A stretch of 63,911 bases of DNA, filler included, from Collodictyon triciliatum (lineage: Eukaryota), in NCBI GenBank assembly GCA_043381765.1. It is 7 parts of 7 records of this genome, joined end to end, with 100 filler letters (N's around TTAATTAATTAA, not from the genome) between each part and the next. Parts side by side here need not be neighbours in the genome. Positions count along the whole stretch, not along the records: positions 11,420 to 22,739 come from JBHJMP010002432.1; positions 22,840 to 34,155 come from JBHJMP010002433.1; 5 more parts are not named here. One strand, given 5' to 3'. A model generated the notes under the pieces. It was not told the DNA's origin. It did no database searches and saw nothing but the letters and a program-made list of their open reading frames with translations. Below, one piece after another: positions 11,420 through 23,913 of the stretch (position 1 is its first letter; every line of letters begins with the position of its first letter). Position numbers and translations under genes: made by a program.

Positions 11420-13488
11420 AGGAGGAGGAGGAGGAGGAGGAGGAGGAGGAGAAAAGGGACCTGAGGGGCAAGGCCTTCGGGGGCGACGAAGGGCTTGACA
11501 CCAGCGTTGGCGAGCTGGGTCTGGAAGTTGTGGAACAGAATCTCCAGCTGGGTCTTCTCGGAAGCCTTCGGGGGCTTTGCGTCGACACGGTACGAGTTGA
11601 ACTTTTGCAGGTGGTCCTGTGGAGGCGGTGGGGTGAGAAGGGGCAAAGCGATCGGACTGTGGAGGGGCGTGGAGGACGTGGCGCAGACGTACGAGGGTCT
11701 CGGCGTAGTCGGTGCTGAAGTCCTGCTTGGAGAAGGCGTCGGTGCGCTCCTTGACCCAGGCGGAGAGCTGCAGGGGTGGGCGGGGCGGTGAGTGGTGGGC
11801 CGGAGGAGGGAAGGAAGGGAATGGAAGCGAAGGGGCCATAACGGAAGGGCAGCTACCTCGGAGGCGCGCTTGGTGTATGAGTCGCGGACGGCGTCGAAGC
11901 CCTGCTTGCGGGAGAGAGCCTTGGCAATGCGGCGACCGGCCTGGGTGGACTGTGTGGGGAGGGATCAGAGGAGGTCGAGCGGGAACGGGAAGGCGGGGGA
12001 GAGAGCAGAGGGGCCGCGGGATGGAGCAGACCTTGGACGAGGCGGCAAAGGCCTTCCAGTAGAACGAGACGTAGGTCATGATACTCTTCTCGTCGGCGTA
12101 GACAACAAGGTCTGCAGGGGCCGCGGGTTAGATGGGGGTTGGGCGTCGGACGGAGGGGTGGGTGGGTAGGTAGGTAGGTAGGTAGGGAGGTAGGTAGGTA
12201 GGTAGGTAGGTGAGGAGGTAGGTAGGTAGGTAGGTAGGTAGGTAGGTAGGTAGGGAGGTAGGGAGGTAGGTGGGTGGTTGACGACGTACCCTCGGCGTCC
12301 ATCAGCTTGGGGATTCCAAGGCGCTCCTCGGCAAGGGCGAAGGCCTGGTTGAGGTTGGCAATGGCGTTGTCCTGGATGGCGGGGGTGTGGGGGCGGGTCA
12401 GGGGATCGGCCGGTGGGAGGGAGAGGGAGAGGGAGAGGGAGAGGGAGAGGGAGAGAGACCTTCTTCAGGCTGTCGTAGTCCAGCCAGTCGGGGTGGAAGC
12501 GGTGGATCAGGCCGTTGAAGGCGAGGCCGTCTTGCCAGCTGCAGGGAGGGATGAGGGGTTTGAGGGGTTTGAGGGGTTTGAGAGGTTTGATGAGGTGAGA
12601 GGTGAGAGGTGAGAGGAAGAGGAAGAGGAGGCCGACCTGTTGGTGAAGTTGTTCATCTGGATGTTCTTGTAGGGCGCGAGGGTCTTCTTGCACCACAGGA
12701 GGAGGCCTTCCTTGGCAGTGAGCTCTGCAGGGATGCGGGCGGGGTGAGAGGGAAGCAGGAGGGGAGGGGAGGGGAGGGGAGGGGAGGGGGGACGCACCTT
12801 CCTCGGACACGTCGTTGATGGCGAAGCGCAGAATGATGATCCACAGGAAGCCGAGGACGTTCTTGCCCTCGTGGATGTCTGCAGGGGAGGGTGGATGGGA
12901 TGGGATGAGACGAGACGAGACGAGACGGGCGAGGAGGAGGTTGAGAAGGAGGATAAGGAGAGGAGGAGGAGGAGCGCACCTTCAGGGGAGTAGGTCAGCT
13001 TGATCTTCATCTGCAGGCAAAAGTCGTTGATGAACTTGACGCAGCGGGACAGATTGTCGAGGCAGTGGGGGCGGGACGTCAGGGGCACAGCCGGGTCCGC
13101 GCGCTGCTTGATCTTGCCGAAGCTGGTCTGCGAGATCTGCTCCAGCAGGGCGACCAGCAGCACACCGTCCGAGAAGTCCTTCTCGATGTCCGTGGCCACA
13201 AGGCGCTTCTTGCCCAGGTGGTAGTTGACCCATCCCGTGAAGGTCTTCTTCTGGATCTCCTGCCACTTCTTCTCGTGGCTGGCGGGCGACGCAGGGGTGG
13301 CGGCCTGGGGTCGGGTCAGGTCAGGTCAGGTCAGGTGAGGAGGAGAGGAGGTGAGGAGGAGAGGAGGAGAGGAGGAGAGGAGGAGAGGAGGAGAGGAGAA
13401 GAGAAGAGAAGAGAAGAGAAGAGGGGCGTGAAGAGGCAAGACGGCCAGGAAGGGGTGGGGCAGGATGGTGGCCTACGGGTTCACTCAT
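11420..13488 (-). CDS. ACTN: Alpha-actinin-like actin crosslinker (CH1-CH2 plus first spectrin repeat), multi-exon, 3' truncated at contig edge
   Basis: Spliced translation: MSEP|AATPASPASHEKKWQEIQKKTFTGWVNYHL..DFSDGVLLVALLEQIS..LTAKEGLLLWCKK..SWQDGLAFNGLIHRFHPDWLDY..NLNQAFALAEERLGIPKLMDAED..DEKSIMTYVSFYW..AGRRIAK..KPPKASEKTQLEILFHNFQTQL..PFVAPEG. Short GT-AG introns. Confidence 0.92.
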
Positions 13489-14295
13489 GGCGTGGGGCGG
13501 TGGAGGCGGAGGCGGGCTGTGCGCAAGGAAAATGCTTTGTTAGTACGGTCCGGCGATCGCAGGCGCTCAAGCCCGTGGCTCTTTTGCCTCCGCAGCGATC
13601 CCCTTGACATTCTCCAACCCATCCTCTCGAATCCACGGCGGCATCTGTGGGCCCTTTGCCTTTTGTTGGGCTGCAGGCACTTCCTGTCCTATCTCCTATG
13701 TCTTCTCTTTCGGCTTGGTTTTTTTGACAGATGCGTGGGTGTATCTAACACCGCAAGAGCGCCTAGGTTCGATGGTCTCGTCAATATATACCCCGCTTTC
13801 CGCGTCTTTGACGCGTACAGCATAACACAAACCCGAGAGAAAAAAAATTAGGATTTTTATATTGCCGGCTGAAAAATGTATAGTTCGATAGGAGGAAATA
13901 AATCAAGTCCTATGCGGGGCGTGATGCGCGTAAATCAAGTCTGGTTCTTGGTTGGGAATGTCGCATTGAGAATGAATATGTCGAATGGAAAAAAATTGTG
14001 CCCAATTAGTTGTCGACGTTTTATTTCCTTTTTTGAGATTTAACAATTCACTTAACCGGCTTTTTTAATTGAAGATACAATAAAATATCCGCCTTGTGGT
14101 CTGTCCTTCGCTCGCCGCCTCGCCATCCGTATAACACGCCCGAATAATACACTCAACTCTGGGCTAGGCATGCGATTTTCTATTATTCTATCAATTGAAA
14201 TATTTTGAGACAAAATCAAAATGTGTCGTTAATATCACATTTGAAATATTTAGGTATATATTTTCCATAAATGAAAATATAGTTTCTCATAATCT

Positions 14296-15729
14296 CGAGC
14301 GCAAAACTTGCAGGCTCTCTAAGCTACCCACAGAGAGAGGACTGGGACTCATAACGCCTGGCATTGCATGGACATCGCTCACGATGAGATGGTGGACAGA
14401 TATGCTTATCCATCCGAAAGGATTCTGGCAGCGTGGAATGTGGCATCTCATCCATCGCATATGCCCGAACTTCAAGGCACAGCTCTGTGAGAGTATAACC
14501 CCGTTGCCCCTCGCCAAACACGCCCGAGCCGCTACTAGCGCGGTGGAAGATTCTGTATGAAAACTGTGAAATGTGCGAGTCCATCCAACTACATGCTGCT
14601 ACAGGCCAACTCTGCTGGGATAGAGCAAAAGGCTTCTGTATCATCAAGTCGAGAGAAGGAAACAGCTCCTTCATCCTGCAACAAGTCACTTACCAAAAGG
14701 ATGGAAGCTTCGCACCGTCGAAAAATGCAACGATATTTCACTCCTCGAATGCAACCCCAACCACAGCCGTCCTGAACAACAAAGGAGAATGGCGCTCACG
14801 ACGTCCCGTCTCATACAGAGCGCCGTCGCCATTTTTCTTTCGCCTGAAGAACCAACGTTCAATTACAACTGACTCTCCGCAATTCTCGACGGCCATGGCG
14901 TACTCCAAGCCGTTTCGATATAAAATCATCAGTCCGAATACCTACAAACCGGAAAAAATGAGTCGTTGGGCCGAAACTATAGGCATTATAGACCCGCCAA
15001 TAGCCAAAAGCTGGAAGCAAGCCCGTATACCTCAGTTACTCCCGAAACACCGCGCCCTACTGCTCAATATCTCCAACAGAGAGCTGTGGATAGGTGCGTG
15101 TGTAGTCCATGCAGCAACGACCTCCCCAGAATGCACCATATGCCATAGTAGATGACTCTATCGAACACACATTTGTGAAGTGCTCTCTTGCTCAAAAAGT
15201 GACAGAGTCCACCCACAAGATGCTCCCTGAGCTTGACTATGCTCCCAACCGACTCAGCGCGTCTGATATCCTGTTCGGCCCACAATGCCAAATGACCCAC
15301 GACTCTAGAATACTCTGGACAGTCACAAGGGGACATATGCTGTGGGCCCTATGGAGTGTGCGTGCATTCTCTCGCTCTAATGATTCAACCGAACGAGAAA
15401 TCAATGTATCCATGCTTGAAAGCCTCGTGCAATACAGCTTCCTGAAGCACACTCGCATTCTTCGCTACTCTGACCGCAAGCGAAGAGAGATGTGGGAATG
15501 TGTCGTAAGATATCTCCCACAGCATATCCAACCCCTGCTACCCACGCAACCAATCAACCAGTTGGGACGCCCACCTGACCAACTCGCTATCACTGACTTC
15601 TTTCCAGTGCTACCCTCTCCACAGTAGTGTCTTCCCCTACTCGCGTTTGCTCTCTCCCATGCGCTCCCATCCCGCCCCTTTGTATGGCATAACCTCGCTA
15701 CACTTTGAATCGAATAAAGGGAAAAAAAA
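14296..15729 (+). mobile_element. 5'-truncated, degenerate non-LTR retrotransposon (L1/Tx1-like ORF2 C-terminus, 3' UTR and A tail)
   Basis: LPTERGLGL (post-RT GGLG motif). zf-RVT CCHC (CTICH..DSIEHTFVKC) split by a frameshift. LWALWSVR and RPPD. Frameshifts near 14555 and 15150. Ends AATAAA-GGG-A8 at 15713-15729. Confidence 0.85.
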
Positions 15730-16721
15730 TATTATGTATTCCAGTATCAGTAATTTTCGCTGCAATGAGCCCGCCAAGCGAAAGCGCTTCGTTTTCTCGT
15801 ACTTTCGGCGAATAGCAACACAAATGTGGAATTAAGCGTGTGGCCTTGTGGTCTGTTCCAAATACAGACAAAGACTTTTGCTGTGGCTTTTTTCGCGGGA
15901 AACAGAAGAGCCTGTTTTGATTGAATTCTTTGAATTGTTTTTTCAAAAGAAAACGTTAATATTTCTAAATGATTTTTTTTTTCCTCTTGTTTTCATAAAA
16001 AAATTCGAAATCAAAAATCATGACGTAAGAACATTTTTTTTTTTAATGTTTAAAACAATCAGTTTGATGCACATTTCTCGAAAACTATTTTTTTTTCCTT
16101 TTTTTTCTTGATGAAAATTCGAATTGAATTGGATTGAATTTAATTGAAACAAATTTCGGGCAAACACAAAAGAAACAAAAAGCTTTTCAACAAATAAAAA
16201 AAAGCACCATAATTCACGAAACAAAGGGGGGAAAAAAAAAAAGATTATAATTGAGAATTCAACAAAAAGCGTGACCATGTCAACACACCATTTTTGATTT
16301 TCTTTTGTGTTTCAGCCACAAAATATCCACTGAATTTCAATAATGAGTTAATTTTTTAAATTTATACTCGAAAAGATAAAAAAAAAAAAGGTATATAAAT
16401 ATTTACAAAGCACCAAGAGGAATAGGGCACGAAGAAATCTCCCTCCGCACTATTTAAAGCTAGATACTCAATGCCGAGCCAACAGAAACCACTTGACATC
16501 CCCCACACCAAACCGCCCACTCGCACACAATGCCCGCCATACAACAGTCCGAACAACCATTTCTCCCCGTTTTCGAGGCACGATGAATGGAGAGAAAAAC
16601 CATCACGACCCACAAATAGATCAAAGATCACTCGCAACCTCCTTTTCCTTCCTCCCCTCCCACACCTTCCCCAACCAGCCAAGGGGACATAGAAATAGAC
16701 TTGAGCGCAGCACCGCCTTGC

Positions 16722-16757
<36 letters not shown>

Positions 16758-16969
16758 TACACAACGGGCGATCAAACCCAAGAACAAGAGCCCCAACAAA
16801 GCCTGAGTCAGCGCTGGCGAACCTCCCCCCCCCTTTTATTCCCACCAATAACCGATCACCCAAGACAAGACAAGACGCACGCCGCCACAAAGAGAAAGAG
16901 AGGCGAAGACTCCCGCACAACCACCACCACCACCACCACCGACCCCTCACCGCCCTTCCTCATGGCCAG

Positions 16970-19285
16970 ATGCCTCAGCGCCGCCACACCGCCCTGACCG
17001 CGGGGCTGCTCGCCCTGCTGCTGCTCGCCTGCACCGCCACCACCGCGCTGGTAGCGGCGGCCGAGACCCAGTCGCCAACGCCCTCGCTGACCGAATCGGA
17101 GTCGGAGTCGCAATCCAGATCCAAGTCGGCCACGGAGCCCGTGGAGACGCCGCCGGAGCCCAACACGCGCACCGCCTCCAGAACGCCGCAGCCGCAGCCC
17201 CAGACGCAGACGCAGACGCGGTCGCAGCCGCAGCCGCAGTCGCCGGTGGTGCCGTCCGATGCGCGCAACACGCCGTCGGCCACGGTCTCGCAGGACCCGC
17301 AGAACGTCCGCCGCGACGCCGTCTCGATCCTCGTGGGCGTGGGCATCCACACCTCGGCCTACGGCAGCGTCAACATCACGTGCGCACGCAGCGGCTGCAC
17401 CGACGGCGAGGCGGAGGTCTCGTACGAGTTCCACAACATCCCCGCAGGCAACCACTCCTTCAACATCTACGAGTACGGCAACATCGCCGACGGCGGCGCC
17501 GCCACCGGCCGCTACTACCTGACCGCCCCGCCCCTGCGCGACTGCAACCCCGTCCCCAAGCGCGACTCCCGCGCCGGCGATCTTGGGAACGTCTTCGTCC
17601 CGGAGGGCGCCACCGTCGTCAGAGACACCTTCAAAAAGTACGGTATCTTCCTCTCGGGCGACCGCTCCATCATCGGCCGCGGCATCGGCCTGGACGTGGA
17701 GCCCTGCGACCCCACCTCGGACGGCAAGGACCGCACCAACGTAGTCGTGGGCGGCATCGGCATTGCGCAGCCGCCAGAGGGCTTCCGCTCGTCCGCCTCG
17801 TCCGGCGCAGCCCCGTCGTCCGTCAAGGGCGGCGCATGCACGCTCTCGGCCATCGGCAGCTCGGGCCTGACGGGCTCTGCCGCGTTCCGCCTGGTCGGCG
17901 TGAAGGAAACCCTGGAGCTGACGGTCGACCTGGCCGCCCCGGCCCCGGCCTTCTACTACGCCCAGATCTACACATATGGCGACCTGCGCGACGCAGCCAC
18001 CGGATCCACGCTCGGCCCCGTCAACAACAACAACATTGGCAGCCGTGCAGTCCTCACCCGCGACGAAGCCGCCTCCGCCCCGGGCGCCGAGATCTACAAG
18101 CTGGCAGACAACTACACAAACATCGACCTATCCGGCTCCAAGACCATCGTCGGCCGTGCCCTGGGTATCTACATCTACGATGCTGAGACAAACAAGTTTG
18201 TCATCCGAGCCGCCTGCCCCATCGCACTCTCTGGCCCCGTTCCCGACAGGGTCTGCCAGAACCCCTCCGCCGCAAACTTCAACCAGGCCTCGCCCTGCAT
18301 CATGGCCGCAAAGCTGGCCAGCAAGGACACCACCACCGTCATCGCCATCGAGGACGGCCCTGGCTTCACCGTGCCCCCAGGCTCCCTCAAGGTCGACGAG
18401 CTCTTCATCGAGGTCTACGAGGTCGACCAAGAGTTCGAACCCCCAACCGTGAGTTCTCTCCTCTCCTCTCCTCTCCTCTCCTCTCCTCTCCTCTCCTCTC
18501 ATACATCCTCTCCTCCTCTATGATATGATGACACCACCTTCTCGCTATATGTGCTCTATTGGTTTATTTCCCACCTTTTTCCTCACACAATTACATTTAC
18601 CCAGGTTGGTAAATTCAGTGCCATCGACATCACTTCCAGCATCGACTTCCAGCCCCCAGGTGACCACTTCGTCGCAAACAAGTTGCCCACCGTCTCGTTC
18701 CCCGTGGTGGCCACCAAGGGTTTCGACCTTGTCGGCCTCATCTCCAAGGATGGCGTCGTCTGGGAGCTGCTCCCTGGTCTGAAGTACGACTCGGTCAATG
18801 GCCTCACCGGCTCCGTGCCTCACTTCTCGTACGTGGCATCTGGCCAATCCAAGAAGCAGGAGAAGAAGGATGACAACAACGACGTTGCCATCGGTGTCGG
18901 CGTGGGTGTTGGTGTCGGAGGCGCGGCAATCATCGGAGCTGCCAGTTTCCTCTACTACAAGAGTAATGTTACATTTTGACCTACCTACCTCCCTTCTCTT
19001 TTTATTGAATTTTTTTTATGATCATCATCAACATTATAATTATTTTATTCCTTAACAAAAGAAAGAATGATTCATGGTGTGTGCATACATGTTTTGATTA
19101 TTCCCGCTCTATCTCGGCTATCCAATCATTTCCCGAACGAGCCCGCCCAGTTGTGCGAGCGCAGTCGGTTCATATCCCTGACTGACTGTCCTCTGCCTCA
19201 TATAGAAAACAGGCGAGGAGGCTCCTCCGATGAGGATGCGAGCAGCACGCCCCTCACTCCCCAGGAAAAGTACGGCAACTTGTAG
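16970..19285 (+). CDS. Type I membrane protein with signal peptide, S/T/P/Q-rich linker, two Cu/Zn-SOD-like domains, TM helix and short tail; exons 16970-18448, 18605-18962, 19206-19285
   Basis: Signal peptide ALTAGLLALLLLACTATTALVAA. SOD-fold motifs GNHSFNIYEYGN, RAGDLGNV, LSGDRSIIGRGI (domain 1) and QIYTYGDL, LSGSKTIVGRALGIY..RAACPI (domain 2). TM VAIGVGVGVGVGGAAIIGAASFLYY. Both introns GT-AG and phase-compatible. Tail ends YGNL. Confidence 0.82.
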
Positions 19286-19969
19286 AGAGGGTGTACGGAA
19301 CACTGAGCCAGTGCACAGACCCACCATCCGCCATCCGCCAGCAACAGATCAGCAAGTGCGCAAGGGTAGAACTTAGTTGCACCGATGTCCCTCTCCTTCA
19401 TATTTTATTACCGCACATCGCAGCACATCACCCTCGCCCCACCCGAATCTGTGATGAGACACGATGTGCTGCAATGCAATGTGTCTCAGGAGAAACCCAC
19501 AGCCTGGCCAGTGCCACCGCCTTCGTACCTACCATGCCGTTACATATCCTCCCGTACCTAACCTAGCATTCATTTCGTCCGCTCCCACAACCAACCTTCC
19601 TCACCCCCTCAGACTCTCCTGTCCCCTCCAAAACCTGCCCGTCCTCTCGCACCAACGACGAAGCAACTAAAAACCAACAAGAAATGAAAAGAAACGAAAG
19701 ACAAAGATATCAAGAGATGGAAACCCAAACAAGGTCATTGGCTACACGGCCGATCCACAGCGCGCCCGGAGAGCTGCGAGGCAGGCAGGAGTGGGTTGAA
19801 GGGCCCAAGCGATGTCCCTATCCCGTCGCCTCAGTGTTGTTGCGTAAAAGGCGTGGTATGCGGTCACCTCTGTCTCGCACAACGCAGCTAAAGTCCCTGC
19901 AGTCCTCCTTTGCTCTCGCATAGAGCACGCGCCGTTCTGGCCTCCTCTTCATTTTCCTGAGGGACAATA

Positions 19970-20046
19970 CTGAAAAGACTGAAAAGACTGAAAAGACTGA
20001 AAAGACTGAAAAGACTGAAAAGACTGAAAAGACTGAAAAGACTGAA
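19970..20046. repeat. (TGAAAAGAC)n tandem repeat
   Basis: Directly visible 9-mer tandem array. Confidence 0.95.
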
Positions 20047-22839
20047 ACGATGCATGAGAGGGCATTTGTGAAGCGAAAGGCACAGTTTCTTTTGCACGGC
20101 GCGGCCCTCATGGATAGTACGTGCGTGATTTATATTTGCGTGTGCATTCTTTCCTTCAACCACCAGGGTGATATGCAGAGTTGTCGACAAAGAAGCGAAC
20201 AAGTCGAAGCGCATATGCTTCTGGATTTGTCACGTAGACGTCGGCAGTGGGCCGGCATAATATTCTTTGCGATGGAATCAAATTGTCATGGTTTACATAA
20301 AAAAGAAAAAAAGAAAAGGTTAGTTGAATAAAAAAAGACATAAAATAGGAATATTTCAATATTATGGCACAATTCACCGCAATAGATAAACAGGCGAGTA
20401 AATAAATTGTGCATGAACTTTGGTGTTATTCTACTATTCATTTTTATTATTGGGCCACTAATAGGACAAACCTGGTTTTGTACAAATTTTCTAGTGTATC
20501 CAACCAAGTGTGTTTTCTTGCAAAATCGATAATTCCGACATAAACCTTTGGGTGCTCTTCGATTTTTCAAGCATAGGATTGGGGATAGTAACATGACACA
20601 GGTCAGTAGCCAAATATTTTTTTATTTTAATAAATAAGATTCATAGTAAAACGCACTTTGATAGAATTTTATGAACCAAAAAAGTAGTCTGATTGAATTA
20701 AAACATCGCCCCTTTCATTTATGTGTTACTTATTCAATATTAGAAAAAAAAAGAATCACAAGAAATAGGTAAGTTCTAAATTACCAAAATACCCTTCTTC
20801 TATCATCGTCATAGCACTGGAATGTGTCGATTTCGGACGAATTCGACTCCTACATATATATTTACTTCTATATTATTCTCTGGTGAAGACAAACTCTCGA
20901 ATAATATCATATAGTGCTACATGACCTCTCGGATGATGAATCTTGGCGGTGTTTTTCAAAAATATAATTTTTTTTATGACATCGTGAATAAAAGCAAAAG
21001 ACAGGAGTTGAGTTACCCTGGTTGACATATGGCAATCAAAAGGTTGTAGCCTATGAGCCCCCGAGATGATAGAAAGTTCGTATCTTGTGAAATCTAGTTA
21101 TATCATTAGCATGGTGTCTATCTCCAAGTTTCTTTGAACTTCAGGTGTGGCTCTGGTTTGAGTGAACGCGTTGCGCTCTTATGAAATAAAAATGGGTTTA
21201 TTCCATTCTTCATTCGATGCATTGATAATATATGAAAATATTAATATATTCATACCATCTCAACATAAAATTCACGATCTTCGCGAGAAAATCTAATGGG
21301 AAGTTCCTTTGTAATATCTGAGTCCTTCAAAGTCTGTTGAGATGCTGTGAAAATTGAGGTTAGTCTGGATAAAAATTCGTACTGCATTTAATGCTCAATA
21401 TGGTTTATGATTTTCTGATATAAAATTATTAATCTGATGCTAAGCGTTTTTCCCTTAAAATTCGAGTGGATAAATATTACATAAATTAGTGCATCTCTGC
21501 ACTTCATCGTCATTAAGAGGAACATTAGACCCATGGGACGGACTATATAAAAAAAATACACCCATTGCATTTTCTCCTCGTTGATAATCCACAGTGATAT
21601 TATAAAATCCAATAAAAAAATATTCTAAATGTTATTTTTATCTTACATACCGAAAGGGTGATTGGCGAGGAATTCGAGAGACCCCTTTGATTTCGTACTT
21701 CTTCATTTGTGGGGATGGCTGTGTGACAATAGAAATAAAAAAATATAACATTGAAAGTATAAGCAAAAAAAATAAATAATTGAATCATAAAAAAAAAAAG
21801 TCAAAATACCATAAAACGCTTATCAAATCAACGTACTGTAAAAAAAATTTCTCAAATATTATCTCGGCACGTCTTTCTTCATTTCTTGTTTGTGTTTTTT
21901 TTTCCCTTTAAGATAAAAAAGCAACAAACCGCAATGTTCGCCAAAACAACGAGATACGTTTTTCTCCCATACATCATCATAGAGTGAAGACCCATGTACT
22001 ATTTAGTGGCGTATTGAATGTTTTAAACAGTTTCGCAAACCAAAATATTGCTATGATACTATGGAATAGAAAGGGCTTGGAATTGAGGCATCAGAACATC
22101 ACACAGACTTCATAATGTAAAATTCAATATATAGCAGTTATATCATTCATGAGGCCAATTTTAGAAAGATAATTACTCGTGCAAGGAGTGAACTTTTGTT
22201 ATCATGCAAGTAGTGATAGTAGTCGGGCAAAAGTTCCAGCAAGGCATCTTTTTCTTTTTTATCCTTCGATCAATAATCAAAATATATAGTAAGAGCTAAT
22301 TTTTAAATGAGCTAAAAAACTTTAAAAAGTCGATGTTTTTTTTTTTTTTTTTAAAAATGGAAGATAAAGAAGGACCTATGAAATGGTGAGGTGTGAAGTA
22401 AATGTATTAGACATACAATTGTTTTCAAAATAAATCTTGAATTTTCGCTAACATAGGTAAATCTGCCACCCTTCTTCTCAGAAAAACGTTCTCGTATATC
22501 TATAGAGACAATTTTTTTAATAGAAAAAAACCCATATGTTGCATGCAATAATTCATTTAATTATGGCAAAACCTGGTACCCACTTTGTGATAAAAAAAAG
22601 GCAAGCTCACTGTCATATGCAAAATTGAGAATCTTCAACCTTTATCGTGAGAGAAGGACTTGACATATTCCTCAGTCTCAACACCACAGTCTTCTCTTAG
22701 CTGCCTAAATACTCGCATCGCGTATGATTTAAACTTAAANNNNNNNNNNNNNNNNNNNNNNNNNNNNNNNNNNNNNNNNNNNNTTAATTAATTAANNNNN
22801 NNNNNNNNNNNNNNNNNNNNNNNNNNNNNNNNNNNNNNN

Positions 22840-23220
22840 AAAACAGTCTATTCTGCGTTGTCCGACCACAGTGCTATCCTGGCTAACATCGATTCAGCCG
22901 GTGGCTGTGAATGGCAGGCGAGGTATATAGACTGGAGGACATACAATGACTCCAAGTCGGTAGAAGACATACAAAACAAGCTCAGGGCTTACTTCAACAC
23001 CCCAGGTGATGCGCCCATCGAGGCGGAATGGCCTGTACTCAAAAAGCAGCTCTCTATTCTTCTTATCCAAAAATCGAGCTGGTTCAAAAATAAGGATGGA
23101 GAGGAGCGGAAGAAGTTTGAAAAGGAAAAAGAGGCTCTGATGAAAGCAGCCGGTAGACCTTCGGGGTGGAAACACACCAAAAAAGAAAAACTGATGAGCT
23201 CGGGATTGAAACTTGCCTAG
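22840..23220 (+). mobile_element. Probable remnant of a LINE ORF2 (end of APE endonuclease domain plus linker)
   Basis: SALSDHSAIL (APE SDH motif) followed by W..LKKQL and a charged helical segment, as in L1-type ORF2; at the contig edge. Confidence 0.4.
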
Positions 23221-23619
23221 TTATTTTCTATGTTTTTTTTTAAAAAATTTTTTGACACGTCACATTATTTTTTTTTATTTTTAATGTCAAGTAGCTTTCT
23301 TAATTTTAATAATTACACCTCTATCTCTTGAAGATAATCATATTCATTTTCTTGTAGCAGGTTTTTTTTAGCAATTTTTTTTTACTATTACTTGTGCGGT
23401 GCAAAAGAGAGTAAATTCTGATTAAAATCACATACTAAGACTTTCAATGTAAGTCATATGTCTAAAATAAATAGCGAATTATTCCTTTTGTCTACCCGAA
23501 TAACAAGGAAGCAAATGCAATATAGCTTTTTGTTGGATCAAATGAAATATTCGAGCAAGTCGCTCATGTATTAGAGTTTCCTCTTAAAAATATTTTTGCC
23601 AATTTATTGTTAAGCATAA

Positions 23620-23652
23620 TTTGTTTTTCCTTTATTCGATTCAAAATGTACT
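23620..23652 (-). mobile_element. Diverged solo LINE 3'-tail copy
   Basis: Reverse complement TACATTTTGAATCGAATAAAGGAAAAACAAA resembles 15699-15729; no TSD seen. Confidence 0.5.
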
Positions 23653-23877
23653 GCTTACTTTACAAGTTATTCTGGTATTACATACTTGATTATATGAATG
23701 AATGGGTTTTTGAGATCCCGGGCTAAAACATAGTATAAAATTTAGATATTTGCATATTTTGTATATGCACTATAATCAATATTTTAGATAAATGCAATAA
23801 ATTAATTAAAATTTTACCAAAGATATTCAATGATATGATTTTATTTATAATTCTATCCTTATAGTTTTTTAAGATGA

Positions 23878-23913
23878 TTTTTTCTTTTATTCGATTCAAA
23901 ATTCTAGTTGTGC
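23878..23913 (-). mobile_element. Diverged solo LINE 3'-tail copy with possible 7-bp TSD
   Basis: Reverse complement ends TTTTGAATCGAATAAAAGAAAAAA. AAGATGA flanks both sides (23871-23877, 23914-23920). Confidence 0.5.

Noticed and set aside
14260-14300. TSD for the 1.4-kb LINE fragment
   Set aside because: Only a weak AAAATAT match to the sequence after the A tail; not convincing.
20760-21750. Several exon-like segments on the minus strand
   Set aside because: Could not be spliced into a stop-free model and no family was recognised; may be a decayed gene.
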